Source: Carcharhinus longimanus (lineage: Eukaryota). Taken from it: 64,000 nucleotides of DNA. Where the stretch lies: NCBI GenBank assembly GCA_030264375.1, contig JASCQW010000190.1, positions 61,227,369-61,291,368 on the forward strand, given 5' to 3'. Position numbers and translations under genes: made by a program. This document shows positions 60,798 through 64,000 of the stretch, one piece after another; the stretch's first letter is position 1; each line of letters opens with the position of its first letter. The notes below the pieces were generated by a model, which was given only the letters and a program-made list of their open reading frames with translations, was not told the DNA's origin and did no database searches.

Positions 60798-62334
60798 GTA
60801 CGTTTGCACAAACTCAGTCTTAATGCATCTGAATTCAATCTATTTAATGGAATGACAATCATGCTTTACCATGTTGCTCCGAGACTTATGCAACATAGTA
60901 CACATTTAATTCGGCTCTCGTGGAAAGACTACGCGGTAAAAATGGAATGTCAAGTGTCCGAGGCAGCTTAATTATAACAGCAATGTTCCAGTCGTTAACA
61001 CGCTGATTAAAATACATTACAATGCAGGCAGTATATCTTTACTGGTGTACCATATATTCTCATTATTAGAAGGAAGGGGGGCAGAAGTATCAAATTTGAA
61101 GAGCAACCATTATAGTTTGAGATTTGCATTCAGTGCAAACCTGACCATGCGGCTTTTGGATTTATTCCAAAATGTTGCAGAGCTTCGCAGAATAACTAAT
61201 TCACCGTCCTCAAGGTGTATGAAACATTTATAACCGCAGTCAATACCGTCCGCTTGAAGTTCCTTTACAAAGCAGCACAACATGTTTATTCAAGCAGTAA
61301 TGAAAATTAATGTCTTTTCTGGCCATTCGCATAGGTTCATAATTAACATAACCATCCTCATAAAGTCACAGGCTGCTGTTGCCAGCATTGCAGTCTGGTG
61401 ATCCAAATTCTGTCATGCTATAACGGTGGCAAAATAAATGCACTGGACAAATCGGCAAAAAAAACTAGGAGAGAACTGACACAAAATCATTGCTCCCTTC
61501 ATTTTCCCACCTCTATTGTCATAGAATTCAATTAGGAGTTGGCTTCATGGCACATTTGTCTGCACGCAAATATATTTCATCATGCCAGTGTATACTTTTC
61601 AATGTAGTGCAGAAGGTGCTATTCAAGCCATATATCTCGGAGTGTGGATAGCCACCTTGCACCTAGCCCCTCTTGCCTCTGGAAGGACACCCTTGTCAGA
61701 GGTAGAGTGCAAGGGTTATTCACAATACCGGTTCGGCTAATGAAAATATAGTTGTATCAGGCAGTATTGAGAAGATTAGTTCCACATTCTTTACAGTTTA
61801 GAAGATAGAGATGATCTTGGTAAATTATATCGTTCTTTACGGACTTGACAGATTTGAAGTGAAGACATGATTCAGTGGCTAAACATCCAAAATACTTGTT
61901 CAGTTTATCAGAACAAGTATTGACAGAATTTTTCTTCAAATTAAGTATAATTGTGAGCATTCCCTACAATAGAACCTTGGGTGCTCAACTGTTGACTACA
62001 TTTAGCAAATGCGCCGAACACTGCGGTAGTACTATGCGGTTAAATGACGTAGACATCATGTCCGATTATGAAATGTTAGTTATATCTTATTCAATTCCGT
62101 AATCGGCTACAAGAGTCAAATGACTTACTCCAATGCTTATTTCAACGTTTCTTGTTGTCTTTTAGTAAACCTGTTTTCTAGAATCTTTGGATGACAATTG
62201 TTTTTTTTTCATTCTTATCCATAATTCTGAATGTTTACACCGTCAGATTCATTTTGAAGCGAAAACATGAAATAAAATCATAGATATAAGCAAACGTGTA
62301 TAGACATAGGTGCTTTATCTTTCAATTCATGCAG

Positions 62335-62433
62335 GAAGCAACAGATGTGATGACGCCTTATGCTGCGCTAGATATGAATAATTTCCGGACGGCACCAAGA
62401 CTAAAGCAACAAGAAAGGACAGTTTATGCCCAG
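62335..62433 (+). CDS. Gene B extra cytoplasmic exon with a tyrosine-motif pair (can read through to a stop at 62530-62532)
   Basis: catgcag|GAA to CAG|GTAGAT, 99 nt, phase 0-0, encodes EATDVMTPYAALDMNNFRTAPRLKQQERTVYAQ. Confidence 0.78.
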
Positions 62434-63355
62434 GTAGATGTGCAAATAGCAACGCTTAGACGCAATCGAACTGTAATGGTCAGGCTGGGGGTTCAGTGTT
62501 TTTTTTTGCGTGTGCAGTCATCTAAAGGTTAAGCAATAACTTCCGCAATGCCTTGATGGAATGAAGTCCTCTGATTCCTCAACAGGTTTTGCCAGAGAAC
62601 AATTTTCAGTGTTGTGAATCTTTAATTGGAGTGCTCCACAGCTGCATTTTTTGTTCCCTGAAATTCACGACTTGAGCCGATTTGCTGCACAACAGCCTTG
62701 TTTATTGCGGAAAATGATGAGGAGTTGCCAATATTGTCAAAGGACGGTTGGGTTGTGGGATCTGTGATGGGATTTTTTTTTTAAATTTTGTTGTTTTGGT
62801 TCCATTCACGCTCACATAGGCTTTCTCCTGATATATTTTGGCATTATGGTATTGGTCTCGGAGGCTGGTGCGAAATGAGAACAATAAATGTATTGGTAAT
62901 TTCCTTCTGTAGCAGCTAATTGGACTGATGTAAACCTTTTCAATGAGCCGTTGTGTTACAATATCCCTCTTATCAGAGGTGGCGCGATGTTGATCACGAC
63001 TGGGACCCAGGGAAGTTTAATCGATCGGAAGGCAACCAAGTTGATATGCGTTTTTATATTCATCTGGGTATCTTCAAGATTAATAGAGGATGAATTTTCA
63101 GTACTGGTGAACAGTACTCTGTTGTCTAATGGAGGATGGCAATGACTGAGATCCTTAAGATTTCTGCGCCTGCACCCAAATTGGTGAAGAGATTATTTCC
63201 AAGTTCACTTGAAATGAAATGAAATGCTTCCACTGCTGCCTTGAAATTGCTGCACTCACAGAAGTTTTGTGAAGCGCTGTCTATTACAATGTTTTGACGA
63301 ACATTAGACTTCTAACACATCGAGCTAATGATTTTTTCTAACAATCTTTATACAG

Positions 63356-63523
63356 ACTAAAACAATTCCACGGGAAAGTAAGGTGACCTACGCTGCTCTA
63401 GCGATGGCAGCTCCAAAGAAAGCAGATAAGGCTAATTATAAAGAGAAGAGTACAGTTTACGGTCAGATTCGCATGGAAAAGCAGAGAGCAGACGCTGGTT
63501 ACACGCAAGGAAAGGACGAGTAA
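63356..63523 (+). CDS. Gene B terminal exon: ITIM plus ITSM (absent from the supplied ORF track)
   Basis: ttatacag|ACT, phase 0, encodes TKTIPRESKVTYAALAMAAPKKADKANYKEKSTVYGQIRMEKQRADAGYTQGKDE*. VTYAAL is an ITIM and TVYGQI an ITSM. Confidence 0.85.
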   Translation, partial: TKTIPRESKVTYAALAMAAPKKADKANYKEKSTVYGQIRMEKQRADAGYTQGKDE

Positions 63524-63646
63524 TATTTTCATTCAATGCAGAAGCCTCTGTTATTGATACGTATCGAGAAATGCGACAGCTTATGCAAATACCGCGAAAT
63601 GAGGCAGAGAACGACAGTTCAGTGAAATACTATAAACCAACATTAA

Positions 63647-63652
63647 AATAAA
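63647..63652 (+). terminator. Candidate polyadenylation signal of gene B
   Basis: AATAAA about 125 nt after the stop codon; a second copy lies at 63967-63972. Confidence 0.4.
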
Positions 63653-64000
63653 AGAAACGACTCGTTCAGTAATTTAGAATCAAAAACTTGCATTTTCAAG
63701 TACAGCGGATGAATTCTGCTGGTTCAGTGTGAAGTAAGTCTGATGTAATGACTCCTCATAACGCCGGAAAATCGGACTACGAAACCTTCCACCGTTCTAC
63801 ATTGACATGATAGCCTATACTATTATCTGAAACCTTCTCTGGTCATTGTATCATTAATCTTATCACTCGAAGTGCAAAGTTTTGTCACTGGCCCAAGGTG
63901 GGGTTGGGGGAAGGGAGCAGCGTGATTAGGGGCGCAACGGAAGGAGAACAAATACTGTTGACTTCCAATAAATCACTTACTTTCGGAACTTACTGCGGTT

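Noticed and set aside
1-64000. Prokaryotic systems such as CRISPR arrays or operons
   Set aside because: Spliceosomal exon-intron structure and vertebrate retroelements throughout; no regularly spaced repeat-spacer array.

Overview
Vertebrate genomic DNA, AT-rich and repeat-dense. The repeat content (CR1, Rex1-type and Penelope-like retroelements, tRNA-derived SINEs) points to a cartilaginous fish, probably a shark; this is inferred, not demonstrated. The window opens with a GC/CpG-rich first coding exon of a C-factor-like short-chain dehydrogenase/reductase, and I found none of its later exons. The main content is two tandem, same-strand paralogous Ig-superfamily receptor genes rebuilt by hand from splice sites. 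Gene A (18507-30378, about 337 aa) and gene B (52705-63523, about 367 aa if fully spliced) share the layout leader / germline-joined VJ-type V domain / C1-set domain / uncharged TM / 44-nt juxtamembrane exon / ITIM-ITSM tail, with V, TM and linker exons of identical length. Gene B has a GT-to-TT change at its C1 splice donor, which predicts a secreted V-C1 form or a C1-skipped form. It also carries a decayed second C1 exon (ancestral SIRP-like V-C1-C1) and a duplicated tyrosine-motif exon. A copy of the sequence upstream of gene B ends at an assembly gap that could hide a third paralogue. The intergenic DNA holds decayed copia-like, gypsy, ERV env and PIF/Harbinger elements. Repeat boundaries are approximate.
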